Shown here: one piece after another, positions 25,901 through 39,008 of the stretch
Position numbering within the stretch: the stretch's first letter is position 1
Layout: each line of letters starts with the position of its first letter
NCBI GenBank assembly: GCA_016748015.1
Contig: JAAOMT010000306.1
Span: forward strand, 30,602 to 77,537
Direction: 5' to 3'
DNA length: 46,936 nt
Source: Geosiphon pyriformis uo1
Taxonomy: Eukaryota > Fungi > Glomeromycota
The notes under the pieces: generated by a model
Database searches by the model: none
What the model saw: only the letters and a program-made list of their open reading frames with translations
What the model was told of the DNA's origin: nothing
Program-made: the position numbers and the translations under genes

Positions 25901-28900
25901 GTGTCTCTCCACAAGCTAAACATAGTATATTGTCCTATTTTCTCACTCAATTTGGTCTTCCAAAGTGTTCTATGATGCACGCATGGTAGTAGAATTGGGT
26001 TGCTGTTGTGTATTTCTTATTGTTACCACAGCATGCGCCCATTGACAACAATTTCTTGTCGCAATTGACACATATCAGTTTTGGTTGATGATAGCTTAAT
26101 AATTGTGGTAATGTGTATGTATAAAGGGTGTAACTGGCTGTTGGTAGTGGCTCCTCTTTCTTCACTTTTCCTTTTCCTTTTTCTCTCTTATCCTATTTCT
26201 AAATTGGTGGTTCTTCTAAGTCATAATCAATGTCCCAGGCTTGGTCTGCGTTCCAGGCAGGTTCTGTTCTCTTCTGTTTTTTTTATCATTGTCATCTCAT
26301 GAGAGTATTGGCAGCAGTTCATTGTGTTCTTTGTTGGCCCACAAGACTTGATACACTTCCCAAGTAGGTTTTGGTTTTTCTTCTTCAAGATCAATTAGTG
26401 GTGCTGTGGTATTGGTAGCTTTGAAGTGACCACACATTGCTGGTACTCGTGTGTGTTGACCATTCTGGCTGAGTACTAGTTCTTGAGTTATCTAATTGAA
26501 CACAGTGTTGGTTTTAGATAGCCAGTTATTACCAACTAACACTTAGTATTAGGTGGCTTTCATCACCAGAACTTTGATGGGTACTATGATGCCATTGACT
26601 TCAATTTGAAAGTCATTGATTTCGCCAATTGGGGTTTTGGTGGCTCCATCCGCAGTGATAATTCTGGCACTAGCAGTGTGATTAACTCGGCAACCTAATT
26701 GATCCATGAATTGTCGGGTGATAATGCTGCCTGCTGAACCACTGTTAAGGATTAATTTGATAAAATGGCTATTAATTTTGATGTCAGTGTATATGGCCAT
26801 GATCGGTTTCTCTTCAAATGCTGCTCTACTGAATAATGGCGTATCTAATGGTTCCTTGAGTTCAAATGGAAAGATGGCATCCAAAGATTCATTTTCAGTG
26901 ATTGTAGCAGATGGGATATTATTGGTAGGTAGTTGTTGTTGTTTGATTCCCTAATTGCTGAATGCAGCATCTTCTGAAGTCACCAGAAGATTTAAATAGT
27001 GTTGGGAATTTGGGTTTTGGGTGAGACTGGGGCCTGAATTCCACTGACAAGATCCTGATTGTTGGTAGAAAGAGCTAGAAATCGGTTGATGTACAACTAT
27101 TGCCAATCTCCAGTTTTGGGTGATCTTTAATCTTGGGTTCTCTGATGTCATTTGAGCTGGGTTTGCTGGTGGTATTTGAATGGTGGGTGTTTGATAGATT
27201 GCTGGTGGCTGTGGTTGATATATTACTTGTAGCTGCGCCTAATAAATTGCTTGTAATGGCGGTTGATAAATTGGAGTTTGATAAACTGACAGTTGATAAA
27301 TTGGTTGGTGCGTTATAAGCAGGTAAATAGGTTAGTATTGGTCTTGATTCGGGTGATGATTTGAAGTTTGGAACTGGCGGTTGGGTTTCTATATTGATTT
27401 TCTGATCATGGATTGTTATAAGTATGGCAGTTGGCTTTGATGTGCCCTTGTTTACCACAGTTATGGCAGACGCGCGTCTCTGGCTACCACAACTGATTGG
27501 ATAATGACAATGAACGTGACTGATTTTGGAAACAATTTGCATTTTCCTGATTGTTATGCCATTAAGGAGGTTGATAAATTGTGTGATTGTCAGCTAAGTA
27601 TTCCTCTAATTTCTGATTAATTGAATCACTGAATTGCTTTAATTTGGAATCCAATTAAGATGATCTATTCATTGCTAGATTCACAGCTTGAGTGTGATTA
27701 GCTTCTAGTTCAGCTGCTTTAAAATCTCTGGCATATGTGACTGCAGTTGAAAAGTCCACTGAGTGTATTGGACATATTCATTGTAGGATGCTACTGCACA
27801 ATTCTCTAATAAATTGATTTAAAATCTGTGGCACTGTAAAATAGTCGGCTTGGATGGCTTGTATTTGGCGTAAATTTCTATGGAAGCATCCCAAGTAGGT
27901 AGTGACTGCTTCAGTGTCTCCTTGTCTGATCATTGTAAAAGTGTTGGCTAATTTGTTGATACTATTATTGTTGCTAAAGTACCACAAAAATTCAGTTTTA
28001 AATCCATTAAAATTTTGGGGTTTGACAGCAAGATTTTGATACTATGCATTAGTAGTATCCTGGAGAAAGTAAGGGATCACTTGCATCACTCTAGCATCAT
28101 CTTAATTATTGGCTGTAATAGCTTTAACTACGTCATTTAATCAGACTTGGGCATTGTCTTCTTTACCATTAAATTTGTTGAGTTTTGCAATAGGTGCATA
28201 AGCCATTTGTTGTTGCTGTAGTGGTAGAAGTTGAAGTGATTGTTATTGCATGAGTTGTTGGAGTGGTAGTTGAAATGGTGGTTGTATGGGTTCAGCTATT
28301 GGATTAATTGGTGGTTGATTGATGACAATTACTGGAGGTAAGTTTTGTTGATTTATTAAATTGAGATTTCAATTATCCTGAGTTGGTGGTATCTGAATAT
28401 TCGGAGTTTTGATTTCCAGATTTTCTGGGTTTAGATTTTGCTGGGTTTGAAGATTTGAGGTTTCAAATTCTGGGTTTTCAGTGATCAGGTTCTGGTAAGT
28501 GAATTCTTGATCTTTAGCTTCTTCTTCTTTCTCTTCTTCTGATTTTGTTACTTTCCATGGATCAGAAATTCTGAAATCTGGAGGAGGCAGTGGCGATTGG
28601 AGTCCTGATGGCATTGATGATTGCGAGTTAAATCCTTCAAAATATGCACTATATGGTTCTAATAATTCTGCTTTTCTTTGTTTACTTTGGAATGGGAATT
28701 GTCCAAATGCTGATGTTGTGTTTGATGTGGTCACGCTGGTAAATGTAATATTAATGGCACTTCCGGGTGTATAGTGGTATAATGGATTAGTTGGGGACTC
28801 AACTCTTGTTTTCTTCTAAGTAGGTGGTTGTATTCTTTTGGGTATTACTGCTGGTGTTTGCAGTTTTCCTTTGCCTTTGCTTGCATAAGTAATGGGGTAT

Positions 28901-29190
28901 CTTTGCTGTATATGGTGTTCAATTTCTTTGTTAATTTCCATAATGGAGGTGAAATTGTGATTTGTTGACAGGTTGGTATTTTGAATTAATTCACTATAAA
29001 AGGCTTCTCTTGCTAATTCAATATTTACTGGTGTTTTTAACAGATAGGCAATTCTTTTGTTGACATAGAAATTAAAAGCTAATTCTGCTAATATGTGGTT
29101 GTGATTTAATCGCAAATGTTGACAGTAGTGTTGAAATAAGAATTTTGCGAATTCTAGATGGTTTGCTCCTATGTTTTCTGATTCTGCCAC
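22968..29190 (-). pseudogene. Gypsy B gag-pol (gag, CCHC, protease, Cys-rich insert, dUTPase, RT, RNase H)
   Basis: MAYAPIAKL...QGDTEAVTTYLGCF; CHNCGKQGHIKANC (~27427-27468); KLILNSGSAGSII; VMPFGL and YLDD (23760-23771); IITTDASGQAL; NADGLS followed by stop at 22968-22970. Confidence 0.9.
24790..25193 (-). pseudogene. dUTPase domain of Gypsy B
   Basis: Trimeric dUTPase motifs: I (DTGFDL), II (RSSLAK), III (IIDTGYVENI), IV (KIAQAIF), V (decayed RxxxxFGS). Confidence 0.9.
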
Positions 29191-29247
29191 TTTTAGATTT
29201 GGGTTGGTGCTGGTTCTCTAGAATTATACCTTACAGAAAGCACTAAA

Positions 29248-30126
29248 TGTTACGAGTGATTATTTGGGGTATTGAATCAAATAACAAATCCGTAACTTGG
29301 TGCTAAAAGTTATTCACATTGATGTTATTAATTTGAAGATTTTGTATCTGAAGGTTTTGTATTTGAAGGTTTCAATTTGAGTTCTTTGTATAATAAATAG
29401 AGATTCAATAGTTGTTTTATCTGTAGCTTCCTGAAACCACAGTTTCATCAATTTTTCTTTTGACATGATGGCCAGTAATCCTCTGGTAAGTATTCCGTAT
29501 TTTCTGTACAGGAGTTTTTTACCAGACAATCTTTGATATCAGTAATCTAGCGCTTTATTCAACCAATTAGTGCACAACAATAAAATCAAAATAAAATAAA
29601 AATAAAAAATAAAAAAAAATAACGAAAAAAAAGAAATAAAAAAAAATAACAAAAGAAAAAAAATAAGCCAAGGTGATTTGCAAGTTAGTATTCTGTTAAT
29701 AGCCATGATCAAAAGCTATTGTTCTAGTGAGGTTAAGTATCAATTACTATTAACATGAAGTGTTGATAATGGAATTAGATTTGAGATACCAAATAGTTAT
29801 TTATTGTGTTTAGAAGATTGTCTAGATGAAATCTAAACTAAGAGATCTGTCTTTTTAGCTTCTAATCCTACTGCTATATATACATAATTGAGATTCCTCA
29901 ATTCCTCAATTCTTCACAACAGGAATTGCAAGATTCCTGAAATTTTGCAATTCCTTTGAGAAAAATTCTGGAATTCTGGAATCTTGCGATTCCTTGTAAG
30001 AATTCTGTAATTCCTGGAATCCTGCAATTCCTGAGAAAAATCCTGGAATTCCACCTTTTATTATATCTACTTCTGATTAGTTAATAACTATGCTAATATA
30101 TATTCTCTATATTTCTATAAGTAACA
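29248..30126 (-). repeat. 5' LTR of Gypsy B
   Basis: TGTTAC/GTAACA ends; direct repeat of 20005-20850. Confidence 0.92.
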
Positions 30127-30295
30127 ACAGAATTGCAATTTTGGAAGGCTACTGAAACAACTATTGAATCTCTGCCCATTATACAAAGAACTCCACAACC
30201 AAATCTTTAGATATTAGCACTAGAATATTAATCAAGCACCAAGTTACAGGTTTGTTATTTGCTTTGGGACCCCAAATAATCACTTGTAACAATGT

Positions 30296-31995
30296 TATGT
30301 GATATAATAGCAGAAGCCAGATTTTTATTCACAAAAAATAAAATCCAGCACCTTTTTAATGCTCCTAAAATTGCTCCAAGTAGAAGCTCTGGCCAATAAA
30401 TGTCTATTAAAAGTATTAACTAAACCCAAGTCTAAACAAAACTTGAAGCTCACACTCTTTTTAGATCTATTTTCATTAAAGTCACTACCAATAACAGTAA
30501 AGAAGCTAGTATTAACTGCTCTAAAGATCATGAAGTTGATAACAGAAGCTTGGCTGAAACATGTATAAGTAAATGCACCAGCATACAAGTCCAAAATTGT
30601 AACTGAAAGCTTGTTTTTAAACAAAAGGCATACAGAAATTAACTGACCAAAAACTTCTTCTATCTTCAAGACATGTTAAGCCAAAGAATTGTTCATAATA
30701 ATGGCAACTTCAGCACTAAAAAAACCCACATTTAGACCAGAAGTGAAAACCTAAACTCCATCAAACTTACTCATAATTCATAGTCTAATATTAGATCTTA
30801 ATTTTGTTTCTGTAACAATTAATACTATATTCTCAAATTTCTTATGCCAACAAACAACATCTTTTTGCTTAGCAAAAACATTAATACCTCTAACATTACA
30901 CATAGCAAACTTCCAGACTAGATTCATCATTGAGAAGACAAAAGTAACAAAGAGCCTGAACTAGCACACAAATAATCCAATTTTAACAGAACAAAATCAA
31001 CAGAAGCCTCAAGAGCTGACAATTTAAATTCCAAGCTGCCACTTTAGTGGTAAGAATTTTTGAACTACTCAAACTTAAAGACAAAACCATATTCACAACA
31101 ATTAAGAAAGGAGCCATGAAAGGCATTTGCACAATATCCAGAATCATATTTAAATCTGAATCTGAACTTACAGGCACAACCACAGCAGAAGAGGAAGATT
31201 GAAAAACAGACACCAGAGGTACTAGATCAATTAGGCTCAGCTTCTTAACAATACCCAAAACTTGATCAGCCAAAAGCTTTAAAAAATGTTTCAAAGAAGC
31301 CAAATGATTATTAATTGAGATATTCTCTTAAGCAACCAATGTGCTTCCCATATTATCTAAGGCATCAGAAAAAAGAGAACCAGACCCCAAACCAGAATTA
31401 AGATAAGAGCTACCAAAAAAAAAAGTGAGCAAAACTACCTATGCCCAAGACTTACCACCAAAGGCAGCAGGTTGAAAAATAAGAACATTCTTTTTTGTAT
31501 ACAACTTAGCCAACTGAAAATAATGGTCTTCTGAAGTAATTTTTTTTACAGATTTTGAGGGTTTGGGAGTGAATGTAGTTGGTACATTACACTCCAAAGC
31601 AGAATGACCAGAATGTTCACATTTTTTGCAACAAACCAAATCTAATCTAGCCTAAGAAAACTTAATACTATCAAATATCAGCTTAATGTGATATACAAAC
31701 TCCAATTTTTCTTCAAACTTGAAACCAATCACAGCACAGCAAATTCAGTTACCAAAATCCATTAAGCAATTAATGACACAGATTTTCCCACCAGTTTCAT
31801 CTAAAAGAGTGCCCAAATCATGAGCAGTTGTTCCTACTGGCAAAGTAAACAACAATGCCCTGAACTTATTTCTTGATGCCCAAGTCCTACAATCTCCCAC
31901 AGCCATAACCATATGCACTAAGTTTTTTCCAATCAGGAAGGACTATTTGGCAGCCAATTGTTCAGCCTAATCTGAATTGGCAAATTCTATCATAG
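30296..31995 (-). pseudogene. LINE copy 2: ORF2 N-terminus (APE; ATG at 30930) and ORF1 C-terminal part
   Basis: MMNLVWKFAMCNVRGIN, IGSDFNE; zinc knuckle CKKCEHSGHSALEC (ORF 31439-31639). Confidence 0.85.
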
Positions 31996-32891
31996 TGTTA
32001 CTTGAAAAAAAAAGTCTATTAAAGAAAGAAAAAAAAATGTGACTTGAAAAAAAACATAAAAAAATATGAAGAGACACAGAATAGTACACAATAACATAAA
32101 ATAACACGTTTTAATATAGAATAATGTGTTATAAAGCAGAATAATACAGAATAACGTGTAATAATATTAGATAACATGTTATAATATAGAATAATTAGTT
32201 ATAATATAAGAAAATGAAGTAATAGCTAGCAAAAACAAACAATCCAAAGCAATTCTGTAAAACTAGAAAATACATATATATAGTAATAGCATTAGAAGCA
32301 GAAAAAAAAAATCTTCAGACAGAAATTCATTAGTTACTATTCCCTAATTAGAAACCATATCATTCCAAAATATTAATAAATATATTTATTTAGCATCTCA
32401 AATTTAGTTGTTTATTATCAACACTAAATGTTGATAGTAATTAATACTTAAAACATACGGAAACAATAGTCTTTGATTATGACTATTGATAAGATATTAA
32501 TTTACATTGCCTTGGCTTATTGTCTTTATTTTTCTTTATCTCTTTTATTTTTGCTTTATTTTGTTGTGTATACTAATTAATTGAAGATTAAGTGCTAAGT
32601 ATTGACATCAAAAATTGTCTGGTAAAAGACTCTTGTGAGTGAGTAGAACATATAAAAATTATGAATTGCTTACCAGAGAATTGCTGGCCACCACACTGAG
32701 AAAAAAATTGATGGAATTGTGATTCTAAGAAGCTATAAATAAAATAACATAGAAATTTCTGTTTGTTATACAAAAAACTCTAATCAAAATCTTCAGATCA
32801 AAACATCTTTAAACATTACTAATGTTATCAATTGAACACCAAATTATAGGTTTGTTATTTGCTTTAAGATCCCAAATAATCACTTGTAACA
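31996..32891 (+). repeat. 5' LTR of Gypsy C
   Basis: TGTTAC...GTAACA; direct repeat of 40700-41556. Confidence 0.92.
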
Positions 32892-32954
32892 TTTGATGCT
32901 TCCTATAAGGTATAATCCTACAGAGAACCAGCACCAACACACAACTATCCAAAA

Positions 32955-35900
32955 GTGGCAGAACCAAAAAGAATAGAAACAAACCATTTAGGATTTGCCA
33001 AATTCTTATTTCAATACTACTGTTAATATTTAAGATTAATCAACAATCACCTATTAGCAGAATTAGTCTTTAATTTTTACATTAACAAGAGAATCTCATA
33101 TTTGCTAGAAGTACCAGTAAAAACCAATTCAGCCAGAGAAAATTTTTACAACAAATTAATCCAAAATACCAGCCTATTAACGAATTATAATTTCACAGCA
33201 ATCTTTACTAAAATCAATAAAGAAATTGAAATCCACACTCAACAAAGATATTCAATCACCTATGCAAACAAAGGCAAAAAAAAACTACAAACACCAGCAG
33301 TAATATCTCAAAAAATACAATCACCTACTTAAAAAAAAACAAGACTTGAATCACCAACAAATTCATCATATTACTATATACTTGAAAGTGCTATCAATAT
33401 CTTATCAACAGACATGTTCACATTAAACCTGAAAATCCCAGTAGCATGAATACCTTTTCAAAGTAAACAATCAAAACTAATCTATTAAGAACTTATGGCA
33501 AATATTTTGAGGGATTTAAGTTGCAATCACCAATGCCATCAGGATTTTGATTACTGCCACCTCCACCAGATTTCAGAATCATGAGTTCTTGGAAAGTAAT
33601 AGAATTAGAAGAAAAAGAAGATGACAATCAGAAATTCAATTACCAAAACCCAATTATCAAAAACCCTGAAATCAAAACCATGAACATTTAAACTCAGCAA
33701 AACCCAATTTTAGAAAATCCAAAATTAAAACTCTGAATCTTCAAACTCCACAAAATCAGAATAATCTAAACCTCAACATTAATAATCAACAAAACTTATC
33801 TCCAGTAATTGTTATCAATTCACCACTAGTTGCTACATAACAACAGCCATTGTCACAACCTCAAATTCAGTTACCACCATAACAACAACAACAACAGCAA
33901 TCAAACTTAGATCCAATGGTCTACACCCCAATAGCAAAACTTGAAAAGTTTATGGGCAAAGAAGATAATGCCCAAGTGTGGCTAAATGATGTTAAAAAAG
34001 CCATCACAGCCAATGGATAGAATGATACCAGAGTTATGCAAGCCATTCCATATTTTCTTTAGAATACCGCTAACTTGTGATATCAAAGTCTGGGTAACAA
34101 ATTCCAGAATTTCAATGCATTTAAGCTTGTGTTTTTACAATATTTCAGCAATAATAACAGCATCAACTGCTTTGCCAACATCTTTACTATCATTAAGCAA
34201 GAAGAAACTAAAGCAGTCACTACTTATTTGGAATGCTTCCACAGGAATTTACACCAAATTCAAGCAATACAGGTTGATTATTTCACAGTGCCACAAATAC
34301 TAAACCAATTCATTAGAGGCCTGTACAGTAGTATCTTCTAATATGTATGTTCCTTGCATTCAGTAGATCTTTAAGCCACCATTATAAATGCCAGAGATTT
34401 TGAAGCAGCTAAATTCGAAGCCAATCATGTCCAAGTCATAAATCTAGTAATAAACAAATCATCTAAATTGAATTCCAAATTGAAACAATTTAGTGATTCA
34501 ATTAATTAGAAACTAGAGAGATACTTAGCTGACAATCGAGCAATTTATCAGTCTCCACAATAATGTGATAATGCAAAAAATGTGAATTGTTTCTGAAATC
34601 AGTTACATCTCTCATCATCATTATCCAATTAGCCATGATAGCAAGAGATATGTAGTTGCTACAATTGTGGTAAACAAGGTCACATCAGAGCTAGCTGCCA
34701 AGTTTATAGCAATAATCCACAATTGGGGAATCAAAATTGAAACTCTGATTGCAAATTTCAAACTCTGAACCACTACTCAAATCAAGATCACTATCAACCA
34801 CACTACACTCAAATAGCACAACAACCAATCTACCAAATCCCAGTTTATTAAATCCCAGCATCAGTTATCTACCAGCCACAGCTGCAAGTAATATATTAGC
34901 CACAACAAATTCAAATTCCATCATACAATTCAACCCAAACATCACCCAAAAACCAAAGACCAAGAATTATTCAGCAAAACTAAAAATTAGCGATGGTTGT
35001 ACATTAATTAATTCCCAGTTTATCTAACCATGCCATAAGATTATGTCCCAAGAATTTGGAAAACAGATACAACCAAAATCAGAGTTCCCAGAACTATCTA
35101 AGTTTCCTGGTTATTCCAAAAGATGCTTCAACCAACAACAACCTAAAACAAACAATTAATAACAACATATCTTCAGTTACTGTTACAAATGATGAATTGT
35201 TAGCAGCCATTTTTCTCTTTGAAATTGAAGGACCAACTGAAATCCCTTTTTTTAGTAGAGCTGCCTTTGATACAAAACTCATCACTGCCATGTACACTGA
35301 TGTCAAAATTGATGGGCAGGCCATCAAGCTAATCTTAGACAGTAGTTCAGCAGGCAGCATCATCACATAACAACTCATAGACCAATTAGGTTGCTGAGTT
35401 GATCACACTATCAACACCAAAATTATCAATGCTAATAGAGCCACCAAAACTCCAATTGGTAAAATTGACAATTTTCTTATCAAAATCAATGATATCATTG
35501 TACCAATCAAGGTTTTAGTCATGGAGACCACTCAATATTAAGCTCTTATTGGTAATAACTGGCTGTCTAAAACCAATGTCATGCTTAACTGGAACATTCA
35601 GAAGCTACAGCTCAGCCAAAATGGGCAATATACTAAAGTACCAGTCACTTGTGGACACTTCAAGACCATTATAACTGCACCACTAATTGAATTTGAAAAA
35701 GAAAAAAAGAAACCTACCTGGAAAGCCTATCAAGTTTCATGGACTGATACTAACCACAATGAATTACTGTCAATACTGTCTTGAGACAACAAAGGAAAAA
35801 GAAAAGAAGAAGACAAGCCACAAAAAGATACCACCAACAAAATTACCAATAATTGGAGAAGTTTTTATTCAACTGACACCACTTAAGTACAAAGACTGCA

Positions 35901-38900
35901 AGAAAAAGTTGTCCTTCATGGGAGCTTGGGTTGTGCCCAACAAAGACTACTAGATGCAAACCATGTCACTGTGAACATTATGGCTACCCAAAATGCTAAG
36001 ACAAGTGGGACAATAAATTATGTCTTACTTGTGGTAAACAACTGCTTAATAAAAAAATGTGGAATGACATTCCTGGTCAAAAAGGAATCTGTGATACATC
36101 ATGTTAATACACAATTCTTATTAATGACTAGGTAAGTCAAGAAACCCCAATAACTACAGTTTAGCATTGAGCAATCTTTCACCTAGACAATTACTTACAC
36201 AACAAAGACAAAATTTGGAGAATAGCTAATGCCAAGATAAAAGGCACTTTGCCTAGTAAGATCTTAGAAATAAAGAACAATCTACTTAAACCAGTTAAAG
36301 TTGTTCTTATTTCCAATCCTGACATTTTTTTAGATATTGAGACAGATCCAGAAGAATTTCATGAACACTACCAAAATTTAGCACCCACTTAAAAGAAACA
36401 AGAACAGCATTTGGAAGAAATAAACACCCAATTATGTGACCACTGTTTGATCGCATATGACTTTCAGTATTGTAATGAGTGTGATTTCATCTACAATCTA
36501 CTATCATGCAAAATCTATACAATTTTGGAATAGGAAGAACCAATTAGCAGCTGCACATCAGAATCAGATTCAATTTTCAATCCTGATTCAAACTCCAAGA
36601 ATGATAATAACAATGATTTCAGCTCTATTCAAAATGGCAACAATGATAACAATGACAATTTAAACTCAGATTCAGACTCTAAACAGTACATCGCACTTTT
36701 TGATCTCTTTAAAGAGCAGAAACTCAGATGGTTCAGTTACAACAATGAAAGTATTATGCCAGAACACACACATGATACCAATATAAGGTTTGATCTAAGA
36801 TATCTGGAAAAAGATGTTATCAAATTAGAACCACATTTATGCATCTGCATTGATCTTAAAGTAGCACTAGAAATCTCTGCAAAACCAATGGTTCAATTAA
36901 CATTTAAAAGTAGCTTAGTAAAAAAAGGAATCAACATTAGAGGAGGAATAATTGACACTGGATATGTAGAAAATATTATTGTTATGCTACAAAATGACTC
37001 AGAAAAGGCCTATATCATAGAGCCAAATAAAAAAATAGCACAGGCAATATTCCTGTTTCTGGTTAAAGTAGCTTAATTAATATTAATAGGAAACAGAAAA
37101 AAATTAGGAATTACAGCTAGAAGGATACAGGAATTTGAATCAATGGGTAGAATAGATGTATCAATTAATATGGCAGAAGAAAAAGTTATTGACAAGAGAG
37201 AAATTATATCCACTTGTCAATCAATTTCCATTCCACTATATGATTACTATATGTTAATCATAAAAAGAAAAGTGAAGGATCAGGCACAAATTTTTGAAGT
37301 AGAACCAACCATTTGCAAATCAGGAGAAATTGGACTTACCAATTTCTATATACCAGCCAAAAACAAGAACCATATCAAAATTCCTATTTACAATACAATA
37401 GGAGATGTTATAAAAATACCAAAAGAAACTACCATCAGATATTTAAGCACTGAAGTTAAAGAACAGTCACCAAATCCCATTTTAAATTTTCTACAGCTTT
37501 GTGAATATGTGAATATCATGTCACAAACAATTTACAAATAGAATGAATGTTATCTGCTCCAACCAGAACAATTGAAACAAATGAACATAAGAAACTTAGA
37601 CTCACTTCAACATATACAGCTCAAGATATTACTCAACTACTTTAATGACATCTTTGCCAGCAAAAATGAATTTGGCCATACTGACATTATCTAGCATCAG
37701 ATCAAGACTATAAATGTAATGCTAATAAAACAATGAGCATACAAAGTACCACCAGCCAGCCATAAAATCATTCATCAAGAAATCAATTAAATACTTGACA
37801 ATAAGCTAATTTAGCCATCAATGAGCCCATGGTCATTACTAGTGGTATTAGTTTATAAGAAAAATAGGAAAATCCACTTTTTTGTAGATTATAGAAAACT
37901 GAATAGAATAACAAAAAAAGATAGCTACCTGATTCCAAAGATCCAAAAACTGTTTGATGCTTTTGGAGAAAAGAAATAGTTCTCAATTTTGAACTTAGAC
38001 AGTGATTACTAGCAAATAGCCATAAAACTAGAAAATAATAAAAAATAGCTTTTACAATATGAGAAGAGAATTTTGAATTTAAAGTAATACCATTTGGTTT
38101 AATGAATGCACCAGCCACCTTTTAATAACTAATAAAAATCATTTACACCAGACTAATATGGAAATCAGTAGTTGTTTACTTAGATGACACAAATGTGTTC
38201 TCCAAGACATTCAACAAGCATTTATATCATTTTCAACAAGTGTTTGAAAGACTAAAAAAAGCTGGATTAAAATTAAATACAACTAAGTGTTTCTTTGGAA
38301 AAACTAAACTCAAGTTTTTGGGACATATTGTGAGCAAAGATGGTATCAAAAAGATTTAGACAAGATTAAGATAGTCAAGAACTTTCTAGTACTAACCAAC
38401 TTGACAGAACTAAAAGCATTTTTGGAATTTGCTGGATACTATTACTGCTTTATCAAAGACTTTTCTAAACTGGCCCAACCATTACACCAGCTCCAATCAA
38501 AAAACATTAAGTATGAATAGACAGAAAACCAGTAAGAAGCTTTCAACATATTAAGAAAAAAGCTTATTTAAGTTCCAATGTTGATGTATCCAGATTACAG
38601 CAAACCATTCATCATTACCACTGATGCATCAAGCCAAGCATTGGGAGCAGTACTATCACAAAAAAGACCAAATGGAAGAGAATATTCAGTAGCATATGCT
38701 AGCCAAAGTTTGAGTTCAGCTAAAAAGAACTATAGAACACCAGCATTAGAATACTTAGCAATTTATTAAACAGTCATGAAATGAAAAAAATACTTAAGCC
38801 AAAAGTTTGACATATACATTGATCATAAAGAATTAACTTCAATCCAAAAGCAAGAATTTGCAGACAATTACTATATCAGATAGAAAATAGAACTTTCACC

Positions 38901-38979
38901 ATTTAATTATACAGTACATTATAAAAAAGGAAAAAAAAACAGAAATGCCAATGGGTTGTCACAAATAAGACAAATCTAA
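32955..38979 (+). pseudogene. Gypsy C gag-pol (gag, CCHC, protease, Cys-rich insert, dUTPase, RT, RNase H)
   Basis: PIAKLEKF; CYNCGKQGHIRASC (34657-34698); KLILDSSSAGSII; YLDD (38177-38188); IITTDASSQALGAVL; stop TAA at 38977-38979. Confidence 0.9.
36756..37150 (+). pseudogene. dUTPase domain of Gypsy C
   Basis: RFDL, KSSLVKKGI, GGIIDTGYVENI, KIAQAIF, ARRIQEFES (decayed RGxxGFGS). Confidence 0.9.
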
Positions 38980-39008
38980 AACACTTTAACCCAAAAATAT
39001 AACAAAAG

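Larger units (their letters stand above)
20005..30126 (-). mobile_element. Ty3/Gypsy LTR retrotransposon B (dUTPase-bearing), full length, degenerate
   Basis: LTRs 29248-30126 and 20005-20850; TSD atgg/acag; PBS tagtgctttctgtaagg (29229-29245, minus strand); PPT aaaaggagagaataa (20851-20865, minus strand). Confidence 0.95.
11587..30291 (+). mobile_element. Solo LTR 'S' of the B/C Gypsy family, in three pieces (11587-11816, 19565-20004, 30131-30291)
   Basis: TGTTAC...GTAACA termini. The pieces join into one LTR homologous to the reverse complement of 29248-30126. Flanks are acat (11583-11586) and atgt (30292-30295); no internal region of its own. Confidence 0.85.

Noticed and set aside
27075-27542. 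Ser/Thr-rich mucin-like ORFs (also 34749-35027)
   Set aside because: They are alternative frames of the gag-protease linker; the frame continuous with the knuckle and protease in C is the Q/P/Y-rich one.
11587-30126. Large inverted-repeat (TIR or DIRS-like) element
   Set aside because: The inversion comes from B inserted in the opposite orientation into a same-family solo LTR; no tyrosine recombinase is seen.
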